A stretch of 64,000 nucleotides of DNA from Eledone cirrhosa (taxonomy: Eukaryota). The position numbers were made by a program, and so were the translations under genes. Under the pieces are notes generated by a model. It saw only the letters and a list, made by a program, of their open reading frames with translations, did no database searches and was not told the DNA's origin. Positions 12,885-28,379 of the stretch are shown here, one piece after another (position 1 is the stretch's first letter; each line of letters begins with the position of its first letter). The stretch lies in the NCBI GenBank assembly GCA_964016885.1, contig OZ024745.1, forward strand, positions 72,416,001 to 72,480,000, given 5' to 3'.

Positions 12885-13889
12885 CTATTTATCTATCTAT
12901 ATGTCTGCGTGTGTGTGGTTGTCTGTCATTGTGTGTGCGTGCGTGTTTTTGAGCACTTGTGATTGAGTGGGAGTATCTATGTGTGTGTGTGTGTGTATTT
13001 GTGTGTGTTTGTGATAATTTGTTCGTTTGTGTGTGTGTGTGTGTGTGTGCTTCTGTTCTCGTATAATTGCGCGCGCGTGTGTGTGTGTGTGTGTGTGTGC
13101 TTGCTTCTGCGCACTAGTGATTGAAAGTGCGTGTATGCGTGTTTGTGTGTGAGTGTGTATTTATTTCTGTTTTTGTGATTGAGTGGCGGTGCGTGTGTGT
13201 TTATGTGCCTGTACGTGTGTTTATGTGCGCGTATGTGTGTTTATGTGCATTTGCGTGCGCGTATTTGTGTATTTCTGTGAGTATATGTGTTTGTTTGTGT
13301 GTGTGCTTGTGTTTGTGTGTCTCTTTATATACTTTTTGTTGTGTGTGTAAGTGTGTGAGAGTGTGCCGGAGCCTGTGTGTGTCTGTGCGTATGTGATTGT
13401 CAGTGCGTGTGTTTTTTTCTGCATGTGCGCGTTTGATTAAGTATTTGTGTGCGTGAGCGTGCGCGTTTCTGTGCATTTGTGGTCGAGTGCGTGTGTATGC
13501 ATGCGCGCGCGTGTGTGTATGTGTGTGTGTATGCATGTGTGTGCGTGTGTATGAGTGTGCCTTTCCTTTTGTTTTTGTTTATTTATCTTTTCAGTGTTCG
13601 AGAATCCCTCCTCCCCCTCTAACGTCATGCCTATCTATCAAACTTACACATCTTTTTCTTAGTCTTCATTCACACCGTTTATCAACAACTGCACGGCACT
13701 GCTCTGCACTCTACTGTACTGCACTTCGCTGCACTGTCCTGCACTGTGCTGCACAATCCCACTCGTAGTGTCGTCGTTCTCTCCGTTAAATACCTATAAA
13801 TCCCCCACCCACCCCGCATCCCACCTTTAGCAACATTCCTCGTACCAATCGTTCGTGCCGACTACCTCTATCTTATTATCTTCACCCCC

Positions 13890-14531
13890 CCCCATCACTA
13901 TCTTCATCGCCATCAACAACATTATCACCATCATCACCATCACCATCACTATCACCATCACCATCACCATCACCATCACCATCACTACCACCATCATCAC
14001 CACTATCATTAGCAACACCATTATCATCACCATCATTAACAAGACCTATTATCATCAACATCACTAGCAGCACCATTATCATCACCATCGCATCACCATC
14101 ATCATCACTACCATCATCACCATCATCATCACTACCATCATCACCATCACCATCATCTTCACCTTCATTACGACCACCATTATCATCACCATCGCATCAC
14201 CATCATCACTACCATCACCATCATCATCATCATCATCATCATCACCATCTCCATCATCTTCACCTTCATTACGACCACCATTATCATCACCATCACATCA
14301 CCATTATCATCACCATCACCATCATCATCATCACCATCACCATCATCATCATCATCACCATCACCATCATCTTCACCTTCATTACGACCACCATTATCAT
14401 CACCATCGCATCACCATTATCATCACCATCGCATCACCATCATCATCATCACTACCATCATCACCATCATCATCACTACCATCTTCACCTTCATTACGAC
14501 CACCATTATCATCACCATCGTATCACCATCC

Positions 14532-14571
<40 letters not shown>

Positions 14572-14681
14572 TATCATCACCACCATCATCATCACTACCA
14601 TCATCACCATCATCATCACTACCATCTTCACCTTCATTACGACCACCATTATCATCACCATCGCATCACCATTATCATCAC

Positions 14682-14713
<32 letters not shown>

Positions 14714-17700
14714 CCATCATCATCACTACCATCATCACCATCATCATCACTACCATCTTCACCTTCATTACGACCACCATTATCATCACCATCTCCAGCA
14801 CTAATGGCGTCACCAACATTACCGCCAACACCATCACCAGCAGCATTATCACCATAACTATCACCAACACAATTATTTCAATCACCAGCGTTATCATCAA
14901 CACTATCAGTAATTTCATCATTATCACTAACGTAACACCAACATTATCCTCGACGCCAACACCCACACCACCACCACCACAACCACCAACACCACCAGCA
15001 ACACCCACACCACCACCAGCACCACCAGCACCACCAGCAACAACAACACCAACACCACCAGCACCAACACCACCACCACCACCACCAACACCACCAACAC
15101 TAACACCACCAGCAACAACACCACCAACACAAGCAACAACACTAACACCAACACCACCACCACCACCAACAGCACCACCACCACCACCAACACCACCACC
15201 ACCACCAACAGCAACACAAGCAACAGCACTAACACCAACACCACCACCAACACCAACAGCAACACAAGCAACAACACTAACACCAACACCACCACCACCA
15301 CCAACAGCAACACAAGCAACAACACTAACACCAACACCACCACCACCACCACCACCACCACCACCACCACCAACAGCAACACAAGCAACAGCACTAACAC
15401 CAACACCACCACCAACACCAACAGCAACACAAGCAACAACACTAACACCAACACCACCACCAACACCAACAGCAACACAAGCAACAACACTAACACCAAC
15501 ACCACCACCAACACCAACAGCAACACAAGCAACAGCACTAACACCAACACCACCACCACCACCAACAGCAACACAAGCAACAGCACTAACACCAACACCA
15601 CCACCAACAGCAACACAAGCAACAGCACTAACACCAACACCACCACCAACACCAACAGCAACACAAGCAACAACACTAACACCAACACCACCACCACCAC
15701 CAACAGCAACACAAGCAACAGCACTAACACCAACACCACCACCAACAGCAACACAAGCAACAGCACTAACACCAACACCACCACCAACAGCAACACAAGC
15801 AACAACACTAACACCAACACCACCACCACCACCAACAGCAACACAAGCAACAGCACTAACACCAACACCACCACCACCACCACCACCACCACCACCACCA
15901 CCATTACCACCGCCACCACCGCCATTACCACCACCACCACCACCATTACCACCACCACCATTACCATTACCACCACCACCATTACCACCACCACGACCAC
16001 CACCATTACCACCACCACCACCATTACCACCACCACCATTACCACCACCACCACCACCACCATTACCACCACCGCCACCACCGCCATTACCACCACCACC
16101 ATTACCACCACCACGACCACCACCACCACTACCACCACCACCATTACCACCACCGCCATTACCGCCACCACTGCCATTACCTCCACCGCCATTACCACCG
16201 CCACCACCATTACCACCACCACCATTACCACCACCACCACCACCACCACCACCATTACCACCACCATTACCACCACCACCACCATTACCACCACCACTAC
16301 CACCACCATTACCACGACCACCACCATTACCACGACCATTACCACCACCACCATTACCACCACCACCACCATTACTTCCACAACCTCCACCATCACCACG
16401 ACCCCCACCACCATTACCACCACCACCACCATTACCACCACCACCATTACCACCACCACCACCACCATTACCACCACCACCATTACCACCACCACTACCA
16501 CCACCATTACCACCACCACCATGACCATCACCACCACGAACATTTCCACCACCACCATTCCCACCACCACCACCATTACTTCCACAACCTCCACCATTCT
16601 TCCACAACCTCCACTGCCTTCACCAGCGCAGCACCACCACCACCGCCACTAATACCACATCCACCCTCACCATTACCTCCACAAGCTCCACTACCTTCAC
16701 CACCACAACCACCACCACCACAACCACCACCACCACCACTAATACCACATCCACCCCTCACCATTACCTCCACAAGCTCCACTACCTTCACCACCACCAC
16801 CACAACCACCACCACCACCAACACCGCCACTAATACCACATCCACCCCTCACCATTACCTCCTCAACCTCCACTACCTTCACCACCACCACCACCACAAC
16901 CACCACCACCACCACTAATACCACATCCACCCCTCACCATCACCTCCACAAGCTCCACTACCTTCACCACCACCACCACCACAACCACCACCACCACCAC
17001 TAATACCACATCCACCCCTCACCATTACCTCCTCAACCTCCACTACCTTCACCACCACCACCACCACCACCACTAATACCACATCCACCCCTCACAACCT
17101 CCACTACCTTCATCAGCAGGAGCAGCAGCAACAACAGCAGCAGCACCACCACCACCACCACAAACACAACCACCACCACCGCCACTAATACCACCATCAC
17201 CAACACCTCCACCACCACCACCGGCATTCACTCCCCCCACCATCGCCACCACCACCACCTCTAATACCACCACCATCTCCAACACCTCCACCACCACCAG
17301 CACCACTAGCACCACCACCACCACCACCACCACCACTACCACCACCGCCGCCACCGCCACTAATACCACATCCACCCCTCACCATTACCTCCACAAGCTC
17401 CACCACCTTCACCACCACCACCACCACCACTACCGCCACTAATACCACCATCACCAACACCCCCACCACCACCACCGGCATTCATCCCCCCCATCGCCAC
17501 CACCACCACCTCTAATACCACCAACATCTCCAACACCCCCCACCACCAATATCGCCACCACCATACAACCACCACCTCTAATACCACCACCACCACCACC
17601 ACCACCACCACCATCTCCACCACCTCCACCACCACCATCTCTAAAACCTCCACCACCACCACCATCTCCACCACCTCCACCACCACCTCCACCACCACCA

Positions 17701-17900
17701 CCACCACCACCACCACCACCACCACCACCACCACCACCACCACCACCACCACCACCACCACCACCACCACCACTAGCACCACCACCACCACCAGCACCAC
17801 CACCACCACCACCACCACTACCACCACCACCGCCGCCACCGCCGGCTTCATCGCCAACATCAGCGAAAACCACGACCAGAACAACCATCATCACCATCAC
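13890..17900. repeat. ~4-kb compound trinucleotide-based satellite: (CAT/CAC)n, (CCA/ACA)n with nested minisatellite units
   Basis: Successive blocks with units such as catcttcaccttcattacgaccaccattat, acagcaacacaagcaacagcactaacaccaacacca, ccattaccacca and ctaataccacatccacccctcaccattacctcc. Confidence 0.9.
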
Positions 17901-18886
17901 AACAATAAACAACACACCCTGTTACTGACTGACATAACATACATGCATAACATACGTAACATACATATACATAGCATAACATCACATATAATATACATAC
18001 ATACATACATAAATATGCACATACATACACACCACATACATACATACACGCCACATACATACATACCTACATTTATACATACATAATAAACATAGCATAA
18101 CATACGTACATACATACATACCTACCTACATACATACATACATACATACATACATACATACATACATACATACATAGCATAACATACGTACATACATAGC
18201 TACCTACATACATACATACATACATACATACATAGCATACGTACATACATACATACATAGCATACGTACATACATACATAGCATAACATACGTACATACA
18301 TACATACCTACACACCACATACATACATACACGCCACATACATACATACCTACATTTATACATACATAATAAACATAGCATAACATACGTACATACCTAC
18401 CTACATACATACATACATACATACATACATAGCATAACATACGTACATACATACCTACATACATACATACATACCTACATACATACATACATACATACAT
18501 ACATAACATAACATACATACATACCTACATACATACATACATAACATAACATACATACATACATTCATAGCGCATAACGTAGCACTTTTTACAACACCTT
18601 CGTTACTTGCTCAGCATACACAAACACACACAAACACACACAAACACACACACATTTACACACACACATATATATATATATATACACGTGCACAAAAACA
18701 CACACATATATATATATACACGTACACAAACACATCATACACACACATTCACACACACCCACACACACACACACACACACATTCACACACACCACATAGT
18801 ACTGTTTGTTACTTTTACCCAAACACCCACCTCTTTCAACTATTACCACCAATATACCAACAATATATATAAATATATATATAAAT

Positions 18887-18981
<95 letters not shown>

Positions 18982-18991
18982 CATATATATT

Positions 18992-19053
<62 letters not shown>

Positions 19054-19074
19054 CACATATATATATATATATAT

Positions 19075-19167
<93 letters not shown>

Positions 19168-19344
19168 CATACACATATATATATATATATGTGTGTGTGT
19201 GTATGTAAGTAACCACTAACACCAGCACCGTCATCGTGACAGCAGCAAGAACACCAGCGCCAGTGGCAGCAGCAGGCACAAGTACAGCAACACAAACAAC
19301 AACACTGTCACTGCTCTTTATTCATTAATTTATTCATTTCTTTA

Positions 19345-19396
<52 letters not shown>

Positions 19397-20649
19397 CATC
19401 ATTCTGTTTGTGTATGTGTGTTTTTTTTGTTTGTTTTGTTTTGTTTTTCCTCTCTCTTTTCGAACAGTAGGAAATAGCTATGATATTAAAGTGTTTGTAG
19501 TAAATATATCTAACAGTAGTAAATATATCTAAGAGAGAGAGCAGTGGGAAAAACATGTACATATGTAGTGAGTGTGTTGCACCGCCACAGAATGACACTA
19601 TACCGGTACACACATTGACCGCACACTACCACCACTACTACTACTACTACTAATATCCCCGCCGCCACCACCACACTTTCTGCAGTACTGGATAAACTAC
19701 CGTACACATTTATATTATCATCATTACTATTATAATAATCTACTGACCATACCAGACCCTAAGCGGACTCCTCCTAATAACACCAATTCTGAAGCGACTA
19801 CATCGTACACGGACAACTTTCAGTTCGAGATGCCTTGGATTACACTATTAACTTTACTCTTCCTCGTAAGTTCCATACTTAGTTATTCAAAACATTTTAT
19901 ACTGCTTTTTTCTTTTCTTAATTTTCTTCATTATATTTTTCTTGTTATAGTTATTGATATTATTATTTTTGTTGTTGTTATCATTATGTATTAATTATTT
20001 TTTGCTAATTAGTATTGTGCGCTAGTTTACGTTGAATTCATGTCACGTCTACGATAAAATAAATTACCGGTAAAGTACTAGCATTGATATAATCAACTTT
20101 TACTCCCCTCAAATTGCAGGCCTTGAGTTAATGTTAGAAATAATTATTATTACTATTATTTTACTGTAGTTTTCGGCCCTTGTGGCTAATAAATGAAACC
20201 ATTATTTAACTGTAGTTTTTTTGTTTTTTTTTAAATAATTATTATTAAATAATTATTACTGTGCATCTGTTTAAGTTTAGTCCCACTTTTCCTTTCACCC
20301 GGGCGCTATAAAATAAAGTACTATCCATATACTGGCTCGATATAATCAACTATAAATTTATATCATAATATCTCTAAGGAATTATTAACGGTTGTGGGCT
20401 GGCAGACTCGTTACAGTGTCAATAAAAATTATATTACAGTATTTATTTTGTCTTTCTTACGTTTCGAGTTCAAATCCAACCGGGGTCAACTTTACCTTTC
20501 ATCATTCTGGGTTCGATAAAATTAAGTACCAGTCATAAACTGATAACAAAAAAAAATCCTTGTTAACTACTGCAGATGGGGGAGAAATATATTATTACCT
20601 CATACCCCACAAAAAAAAAAAAAAAAATTCATCTGTTGATAAAGTCATA

Positions 20650-20790
20650 TCATCATCATCATCATCATCATCATTCTTCGACTACTGTCGAGATGACGGA
20701 TCCCACTCTCATGCCCCAGAATTCCCTGTCCCCCATCGCTGCCCCCAGGTCCCGTCTACTGATTCCCGTATCCCTAGAGATCATTATGAT
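20650..20790 (-). mobile_element. RTE/RTE-X-like LINE 3' end with (TGA)n tail
   Basis: Reverse translation ISRDTGISRRDLGAAMGDREFWGMRVGSVISTVVEE* runs into (TGA)n. Confidence 0.6.
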
Positions 20791-21097
20791 CAGAAACAGG
20801 ACCCGGAAAAGCAGGGGCTGGACCTATATCAACAGGTATACCATATAGTGTGGTTCCCTGAGGAACAGGAACCCTGGTGCAGTCATATACAAGGGTCTGA
20901 CACTATATAATCTACAACTCAAGCATTTGTCTTTCTAAAAAAATATTTTCCTGTGACATGGTTAGAAAAGCCGAATAAGTAGGACGACGGACGAAACATT
21001 TGGCTAGTTAGTTTCACTTATTAACAGTTTGAGTTCAAATCGCGCCGAGGTCAAATTTATCTTTTAGTAAAATTGTTCTACTACCCCAACCGGCATT

Positions 21098-21146
<49 letters not shown>

Positions 21147-22328
21147 CCTCTCTCTTTCTCTTTCTCTTTTCTCTCTATTTATTTATTTATTTATTTATCC
21201 CCCCCCCCCACTCTCTCTCACTCTCTAAATTATTGAGATCGTGTACCTGTATATTATTATGTTGCTGATGGTTAACTTTGCCTTTCATCCTAACGGGGGT
21301 CGATAAAATAAAGTATCAGTAATGTACTTGGATAATTGCTGGCCTTGTGCCAAAAGTATAAACAATTATTATGTTGCTGATGTACATTCTAAGGTAGCTT
21401 TATGTACAAACAATACTGGCATCTGTTCAAATCTAAGTGTGGATCTGACTTTACATTTAACCTTCTATGGTCAATAAACTGAGAAGCTGTAATAAGCAGG
21501 AATGTATTTAAGAGATGAGAGCCAACTAAACTACCCACGAATAAATAGCATTTGTAGTATTTGAGGCATCACACATTCTGTGTTCAAACAACGACAGAAT
21601 AGATTAAAAATTAAGTTATTAGAACGTCGGTTACAATGTCCACAGTTCAAATCCTACCGAGGTCAACTTTGACTTTCATATTTTCGAGGTCGATAAATAA
21701 AGTACCAGTCCAATACAAGTATCTAATTTTCTTTTTTCTTACCCTCTCCTTCCCTCTCTTTCCTCGGGAGGAAATCTGCTGTGTTCGGACTTAGAGAACT
21801 CCACCACGTATCCCCGACGGCACCGTGTCATGACGGCACCGCCACGACTCAGTCTGCCGGTCAGAAACAATGAACGGATTAGCAAAATGCATTCCAATCA
21901 TATACAGATCTCCAGTCAAGCGCCTATTTTCTAATCCCCTTAATCTCAATACAGGAAATTGGTCCTTCCCGTGCTTAGCTTTACCCCCTCCCACAAAACA
22001 TTTACATCACAGTCAGCCTGCTTGCATAATCAGTTTCTACCCGGGGAGTCTGGGTATGAGTAGAGTATTTCACCGGAATAGTTGGGGGTTGATGATAAGC
22101 ACTCTTTTCAGTTTCCTTCCTCACTAATATTGGTGTAGATGATAAGCACCCGGGATTGTTGCTTTAATTTTCTTGTCTTCTTCTCCGGTGATAAACACCC
22201 GGTTTAATTGTTTCAAGCAATCTGTATGTATATACAGAAGACTACACACGCACACACACACACACACACGCACGCACACACGCACGCACTCTCTCTATCT
22301 CTCTCTCACACAATCACACATATGTATG

Positions 22329-22362
<34 letters not shown>

Positions 22363-22550
22363 CGTTATTCCGGGTTGAATCGGAGGTAACCACAGTAAGT
22401 AAGGTACTCAATACATAGCAGAGTATAACAGTTTTAATATAGATGAGATTCTACAGGACTAGAACTGTTTCATTCATTAGAAATCATCTGATGATTTCTA
22501 ATGAATGAAACAGTTCTAGTCCTGTAGAATCTCATCTATATTAAAACTAT
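22363..22550. mobile_element. Fold-back mini-PLE, family D, folding at the HHR core
   Basis: Palindrome centred at ~22488 (aatcatc-t-gatgatt). Right arm reads CTGATGA-tttctaatgaat-GAAA-cag-ttctagtc-ctg-TA-gaatct. Confidence 0.85.
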
Positions 22551-22571
22551 ATATATATATATATGTATGTA

Positions 22572-22609
<38 letters not shown>

Positions 22610-22618
<9 letters not shown>

Positions 22619-23070
22619 TTCAAATATTAGCAAAATAGATATTCTTGTGATCAATTAAATTTTATTATACATATTTCAGAGGTACTGAATTAAGTTCAAC
22701 AGTACGTCCTCATCAGATAAAATAAAATGATACATGACATGCCCTGACATGGTAGATGGTTAAGATTTAATCAAGGTAGACTACCTTGATTAAATCTTAA
22801 GACTATCTTAGACTACCTTGATGAAATCTTAACCATCTACCATGTGAGGGTATGTCATGTATCATTTTATTTTATCTGATGAGGACGTACTGTTGAACTT
22901 AATTCAGTACTTCTGAAATATGTATAATAAAATTTAATTGATCACAAGAATATCTATTTTGTTAATATTTGAATTAATATCAATAACTCTGGGAAATATC
23001 TACTGTAGAGTGCTTCCAATCTATTGTAAAACACATTCTTTGATGTACTCATTGAATCTTGTTTAACATT

Positions 23071-23075
<5 letters not shown>
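22610..23075. mobile_element. Fold-back mini-PLE, family C, HHRs at 22659-22723 (-) and 22869-22933 (+)
   Basis: attttat-CTGATGA-ggacgtactg..cagtacttct-GAAA-tatgta-TA-ataaaat. Arms 22610-22789 and ~22812-22980, with (TA)n on both sides. Confidence 0.88.
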
Positions 23076-23141
<66 letters not shown>

Positions 23142-23230
23142 CTATATGTCTGTGTATATAGGTATGTGAACAAACACTCACCTCACATACACACATAAAT
23201 ATATTCATTTATAGATATATACATATATGC

Positions 23231-23278
<48 letters not shown>

Positions 23279-23615
23279 GCAAAAAAAGTATATATCTATG
23301 TATGAATATATTTATGTGTGTATGTGAGGTGAGTGTTTGTTCACATACCTATATACACAGACAACAGACATATAGACACACGCATGCAATCATCCGTAAA
23401 TATTGGTGTACAATGGTCTACACATAGAAATATATATGTGTGAATTTAAGTATATTTCTTTCACCATGCGGTTGCAAAAATAACTTTACACATCTTAAAA
23501 AATCTTTAACTAAATTTATTTAATTTTACGGTAACTCATTGTCGAAATCTTGGCTTTGTATAAACATATTTCTATCACAAATGTTATTATTGTTATAATA
23601 TATAAGAATGATATA

Positions 23616-23790
23616 TTGGCAGAATCGGTAGAGCGTCGGACAAAATGCTTTGCGGCTGCAGTTACGGCTCGGTAGGTTCTGAGTTCAAATCCCACCGAGG
23701 TTAGCTTTGCTTTTCATCCTTACGGGATCGATAAAATGAAATACCAGTAGCACACTGGAGTCGATTTAATCCCTTCAAATTGCTGGCCTA
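23616..23790 (+). mobile_element. tRNA-derived SINE (major family)
   Basis: tggcagaatcggtagagc...gagttcaaatccc...tttcatccttacgggatcgataaaatgaaataccag. Confidence 0.8.
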
Positions 23791-24569
23791 GTGTTTAAAG
23801 ACGACAGGGCAATATCGGAGAGAAATGCTGTGAGCTCTTTCTAGCAAATTGAGAGATCTCATAGAAGCACCTGTGACTGAAACCTGTTGACATGCGTATG
23901 TAGTTGTTATAAACATATAATTTCTCCTGCTGCGTGTGTGTCTGTAAAAATTACATACATGTATGCATACACACATACGTATTTACACATACACTCATAC
24001 ACGTTCGCGCAATGCGTGTACATACGTACATGTATACATGCATACGTACATGTATACATGCATACGTACATGTATACATGCATACGTACATGCACGTACA
24101 CGCACATACACACAGACGCGCGCGCGCAATCACAAACATACACAAACATACACAAACATACACATACACTGTCACACGCACACACAAACCACGTGTAAAT
24201 GAGGTTAACCTTACGTCAGTTATGACTGCTTCTGGGTGATAGTGTGAAAGCAGAGAAGAAACAAGTATAATTACACAACAGACACCCGGTATTCTCCAGC
24301 TGGGCTTTTATTTTCTTCTATATGTGTTAGCTATATGAATGAACGGGTATGCGAATCAGCTGTACGAGATTTTATGAATAGATGTAAAAGGTGACGCAGT
24401 AAGGCCGAATGGGTAAGAGGTCTGCTTCGCATTCATTATGTCCTAGGTTCGATTCCACAAGTCTTATTTTCCTTTGCTTGGTGTTCACTCATGCTTTGTG
24501 AGTTAAATTGGTTAAACGGAAACTGTTTGGAAGCGTATGCAATGCACTATAGTTGTAAGTCAAGGGGCC

Positions 24570-25135
24570 AGCTTGTGAGGCTCACATCTGCGAGTAGCCA
24601 ACTCCGTGCCGATGGTGGTGAGCAGAGGGGTGGCCCTAGGGCCAAGAACTCCAGATGTCTCCACATGCTTTAATTTCATGAGCAGGCTGTTCCGTTCATC
24701 GAACAATGATAACACTCATTCAGTGTCACCCTGAATCGCCCTGGAAATTATCCCGTTAAGGGCACACGTATCCATGGGATGCTTAGCCACTTACATACAG
24801 GAGAGTATGTTACTTTCGTGATTTGCAATTTAATCACATACATAAGTGCGTGTGTCCGTGAAGCATACACATATACACCAGATCGGAACACAAAGGAACC
24901 AAACTCCCACTGTCACTGCTTCCGTTTCTCCCGCTCTTCCACTCTCTCACTATTATGAGCATATGGGGCCCCTGCGGCCCTGGCGGACAGAATAGAGAGG
25001 GGTTTCCCCGGAGGATGGGGAGGGATATGCACTGGAAGAGCCATTTCAGCTTGTGAGGCTCACACATGCGGGTAGCCAACTCCGTGCCGATGGTGGTGAG
25101 CAGAGGGGTGGCCCTAGTGCCAAGAACTCCAGATG
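24570..25135 (-). mobile_element. Two CRE-like 3' fragments (24570-24657, ~24870-25135) interleaved with SINE pieces
   Basis: ORF text CEPHKLKWLFQCISLPILRGN. The segment cagcttgtgaggctcaca...gaactccagatg is locally duplicated. Confidence 0.7.
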
Positions 25136-25429
25136 CTTTAATTTCATGAGCAGGCTGCTGTTCCGTTCATCGAACAATGATAACACTCCTCATCGAAACT
25201 CACGGAAATCCATTTCACACGTAGAAAAAAAGTTTAACCAACTAAATATTAAAATAAATGTTAAAATATGTAGTAAAATGTAAACACGTCAAGTGCTTTC
25301 AATTTTATATCAACGATTATTGAGTTGAAAATTCAATGTATTAGCGTGAGAGAATATAGTTTCACACGCTTAGCTGATGCCACTTCTATTTCATATACTC
25401 TATGTATATCTATCTATCTATCTATCTGA

Positions 25430-25849
25430 GTCCATTGTCCTGATCAAACCGCCACCCTCCTTCAAAAACGAGGGAGAGACGGTTTTCCTATGTGTTATGG
25501 CTATGGTGAAAGAGGTTATATGGTGGACGAGGTTAAAAGGGCTGAGGTCAGACACCTTTCTCTCCGGCGAGCAACTGATTCGTTTTATCAAATATCATTT
25601 TGGAAGAAGAATCAGCAAATTTTGTAAAAGGTGGGTGAATGTGGCAAAGATGGCCCGAGTGGTTGGGCCTTCTCTCTATATAAGCCTGTAGGTTGAGGAA
25701 AGAGAGGAAGGGAAGTGTAACGCCTCCTCCCTATTCGGGATATCAATTGTTATTTGTTATTTTATTAATTGTTGTATTTTCATATACCTGTATGTAAACC
25801 CCCATTTGTATTTGTCCCCTTCTTTTGTGCCCTTGTGGCTAATAAAGAA

Positions 25850-25850
<1 letters not shown>
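25430..25850 (+). mobile_element. Possible L1/Tx1-type LINE 3' end in (TCTA)n
   Basis: VFLCVMAMVKEVIWWTRLKG resembles the Tx1 ORF2 C-terminal 'IW..R' region. Ends aataaagaaa(tcta)n and is preceded by (tcta)n. Confidence 0.4.
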
Positions 25851-25906
<56 letters not shown>

Positions 25907-25926
25907 ACTATCTATCCGTTTATTTG

Positions 25927-25981
<55 letters not shown>

Positions 25982-26303
25982 GCTACCTATTTTGAGACGG
26001 TAGGAGTCGTCGCGGTACCTGAACGGTGTCTCGGAGATACGAGGATCGATTCCTCATGACGGCCGATGGCAACTTCTTTTTCCGTCTCTCAGTGCCTTCA
26101 CCCTATTCTATAGCATCTCCGCGAATGTGCACACTGGAAAAAAATATATATATGGAGATATATATATATATATATATATGTATGTATATGGAGATATATA
26201 TATATGGGGATATATATATATATATATATATATTCCCATTCTCACCAAGCGTGAAGCTAATAACACTATATATCATTGACTCTTGCGTTTGTCTGTCATT
26301 TTG

Positions 26304-26341
<38 letters not shown>

Positions 26342-27400
26342 GATTTCACTTGAAGAGTTCGCATGTATATCAGAAATTTATATTAATCCAGAAGCTCTTC
26401 TGATTATGATTATGATAATGATAGTGATACAATCTCAATAGGAATAATATACTGCATAATTCGATTGGGACGGCGCCATATATAATACCCATGTATATTA
26501 AATAATTGTTTCTACTGTTGGTGCAATGCTATTAATTGGACAGTAGGGAATTACTGGTACTTTTTCGACCTTTTAAGGTTGAAACGCAAAGCTAACCACT
26601 GTGTGATTTGAACTTAGAACGTAAAGGGACATTTATAGATGCCATGCTGGCTGACGCTCTACAGATTCTGCGAATTCAACGACTAAGATGTATATGAAAT
26701 AGTAGCTCAGTATTAATTGAAAGTGAAAACTGTTTTAATTAATCAGAAACTATTACAGATCATATTCTATCAATAATTTCTTTCAAAATTAGTAACAACC
26801 GGATGTAAACCACCAATGGGATTCAAATCATTCATATAGCGTGTCGAAACCTGAATGTGAAAAGGTAATCCAATCCAAATATTGGAACTGGCTTGGAAGG
26901 ATACAAGGATACATGAAACGAAAGAAATGACATTAAGTATTACGATGAATCCTAACTTTGTTATTTGATCTCTAACTACCATAACCTTAGGAAATCTGAA
27001 CAGAATCAGTAAAACAGGATAGAAAATGTTTTTGAATTTAACAGAAGGGGCACTGGTTAGAAGTTTCGTTTTGGAAACGTAAGGTATTCCACTTTCAAGC
27101 ATCCTACATACATTTGGTCATCAGCAAAGCATGCTTCCTGGTCATTAGTTTCTGCTGCCCTCAGAGCTGACTGGCTTTTAACAGCAGAGGACATAGTAAA
27201 TAACTGTGGAGTATATTTCCCAAGGTTTTGTTGATAGGTAATTAATCAAATATAAATTTAATATATAATATAACATTCAAAACAAATGAAATTGAAAGAT
27301 AACACAAGGATATTCAATTAACGAAACGAGTCTTTCATTCACTAATTCACTAGTATCCATAAAAAAAAAACTTCAAAATCATATATATATATATATATAT

Positions 27401-27706
27401 GCAAAAGTTCTATTTAAATTGTTGGGATACAACAAGCAAATATTTTTATAACTGATATAAAGCACTCAACAAGTATTTGGAGTAAACATACGATATTAAC
27501 AAATGGAAACTATATTTATAAAACCATATTTATTTCATTATACATATTTCAAGGACACCAAGTTAAATTATGGTGTGCTTTCATCAGACAAAATATAATA
27601 TAGATCAGTTTTATAAATAAATATTGACATACCCTTAAAAAATGCAACCATTACTTTTGGAAGCTCCCGGATAGTGGAGTTGTTTACTTATATTATCATT
27701 AGTATT

Positions 27707-27710
<4 letters not shown>
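27401..27710 (-). mobile_element. Solo family B pseudo-LTR with HHR (~27531-27595)
   Basis: Homologous to 5518-5750. Reverse complement reads tattttgt-CTGATGA-aagcacacc..ggtgtcctt-GAAA-tatgta-TA-atgaaata. Flanked by (TA)n. Confidence 0.8.
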
Positions 27711-27746
<36 letters not shown>

Positions 27747-27820
27747 CATAGTGTGAGATTCAGTGAATTACTGCCGGTGGTACCAAAACAAGCACTCGAT
27801 GCACAGGGAGAGTGTATATA

Positions 27821-28008
27821 ATAATAACTGTTTCTACTTTAGGCACAAGGCCAGCAATTACCCAGTACATTACTGGTACTTTATTTTATCGGCCCCGTAA
27901 GGATGGAAGGCAAAGTTAACCTCGGCGGGATTTGAACTCAGACCGTAAAGGGACGTAACTATGTTGGAAAGCATGGCGTCCGACCCTCTACCGATACTGC
28001 CAATCCAA
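27821..28008 (-). mobile_element. tRNA-derived SINE (major family)
   Basis: Full-length reverse complement of 3919-4120. Confidence 0.85.
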
Positions 28009-28379
28009 TAATAATAACAATCTTTGTTTATATATATATATATTATGTCAGGTCACTCTTGAGTGCTACTGGTAACATGTAAACCAGTACAACATATCGC
28101 ATGGTCGGGTCGTCGGCGACTAAAACGGCAACCCCACCAAGTTTACTTGGTGAGGAGGGTGATTTTGGACACCCTGAAGGACAAAAGACAATACCTGACA
28201 AAGGGCCGAAGAACTCATAAGAGTCAACGGCCATCCAAAAATGTGTAAATATGTATATACACATGTACATATGTATGTGTATGTATATACGTGTGTATAT
28301 GACTGTGTCAGGGAGGAGCATGTATGAGTGTCAGGGAGGAGCATGTACCTCTGTAGGGGGGGGGGGGGGGGGGGGGCTA

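Noticed and set aside
15130-15870. Regularly spaced ~30-bp repeats as a CRISPR array
   Set aside because: Eukaryotic context, spacers are (CCA)n rather than unique, and there are no cas genes.
14927-17915. Poly-Val and poly-Gly ORFs as real CDS
   Set aside because: Stop-free because of (GGT/GTG)n composition; no splice or domain evidence.
18589-19295. Many long (YI)n, (CV)n, (HT)n, (LS)n and (MYVC)n ORFs here and at 4208-4719, 11976-13768, 39312-39825, 41703-42322, 47180-48453, 53632-54950
   Set aside because: They are translations of (TA)n, (CA)n, (CT)n and (TACA)n microsatellites, not genes.
24395-24465. tRNA-like sequences (also ~11145, ~55800)
   Set aside because: A/B boxes without a full cloverleaf, followed by SINE body; these are SINE heads, not tRNA genes.
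26770-27102. 110-aa minus-strand ORF in unique-looking sequence; ag/gt sites at 26758 and 27238 on +
   Set aside because: No recognisable domain, and the putative + exon has stops in all frames.
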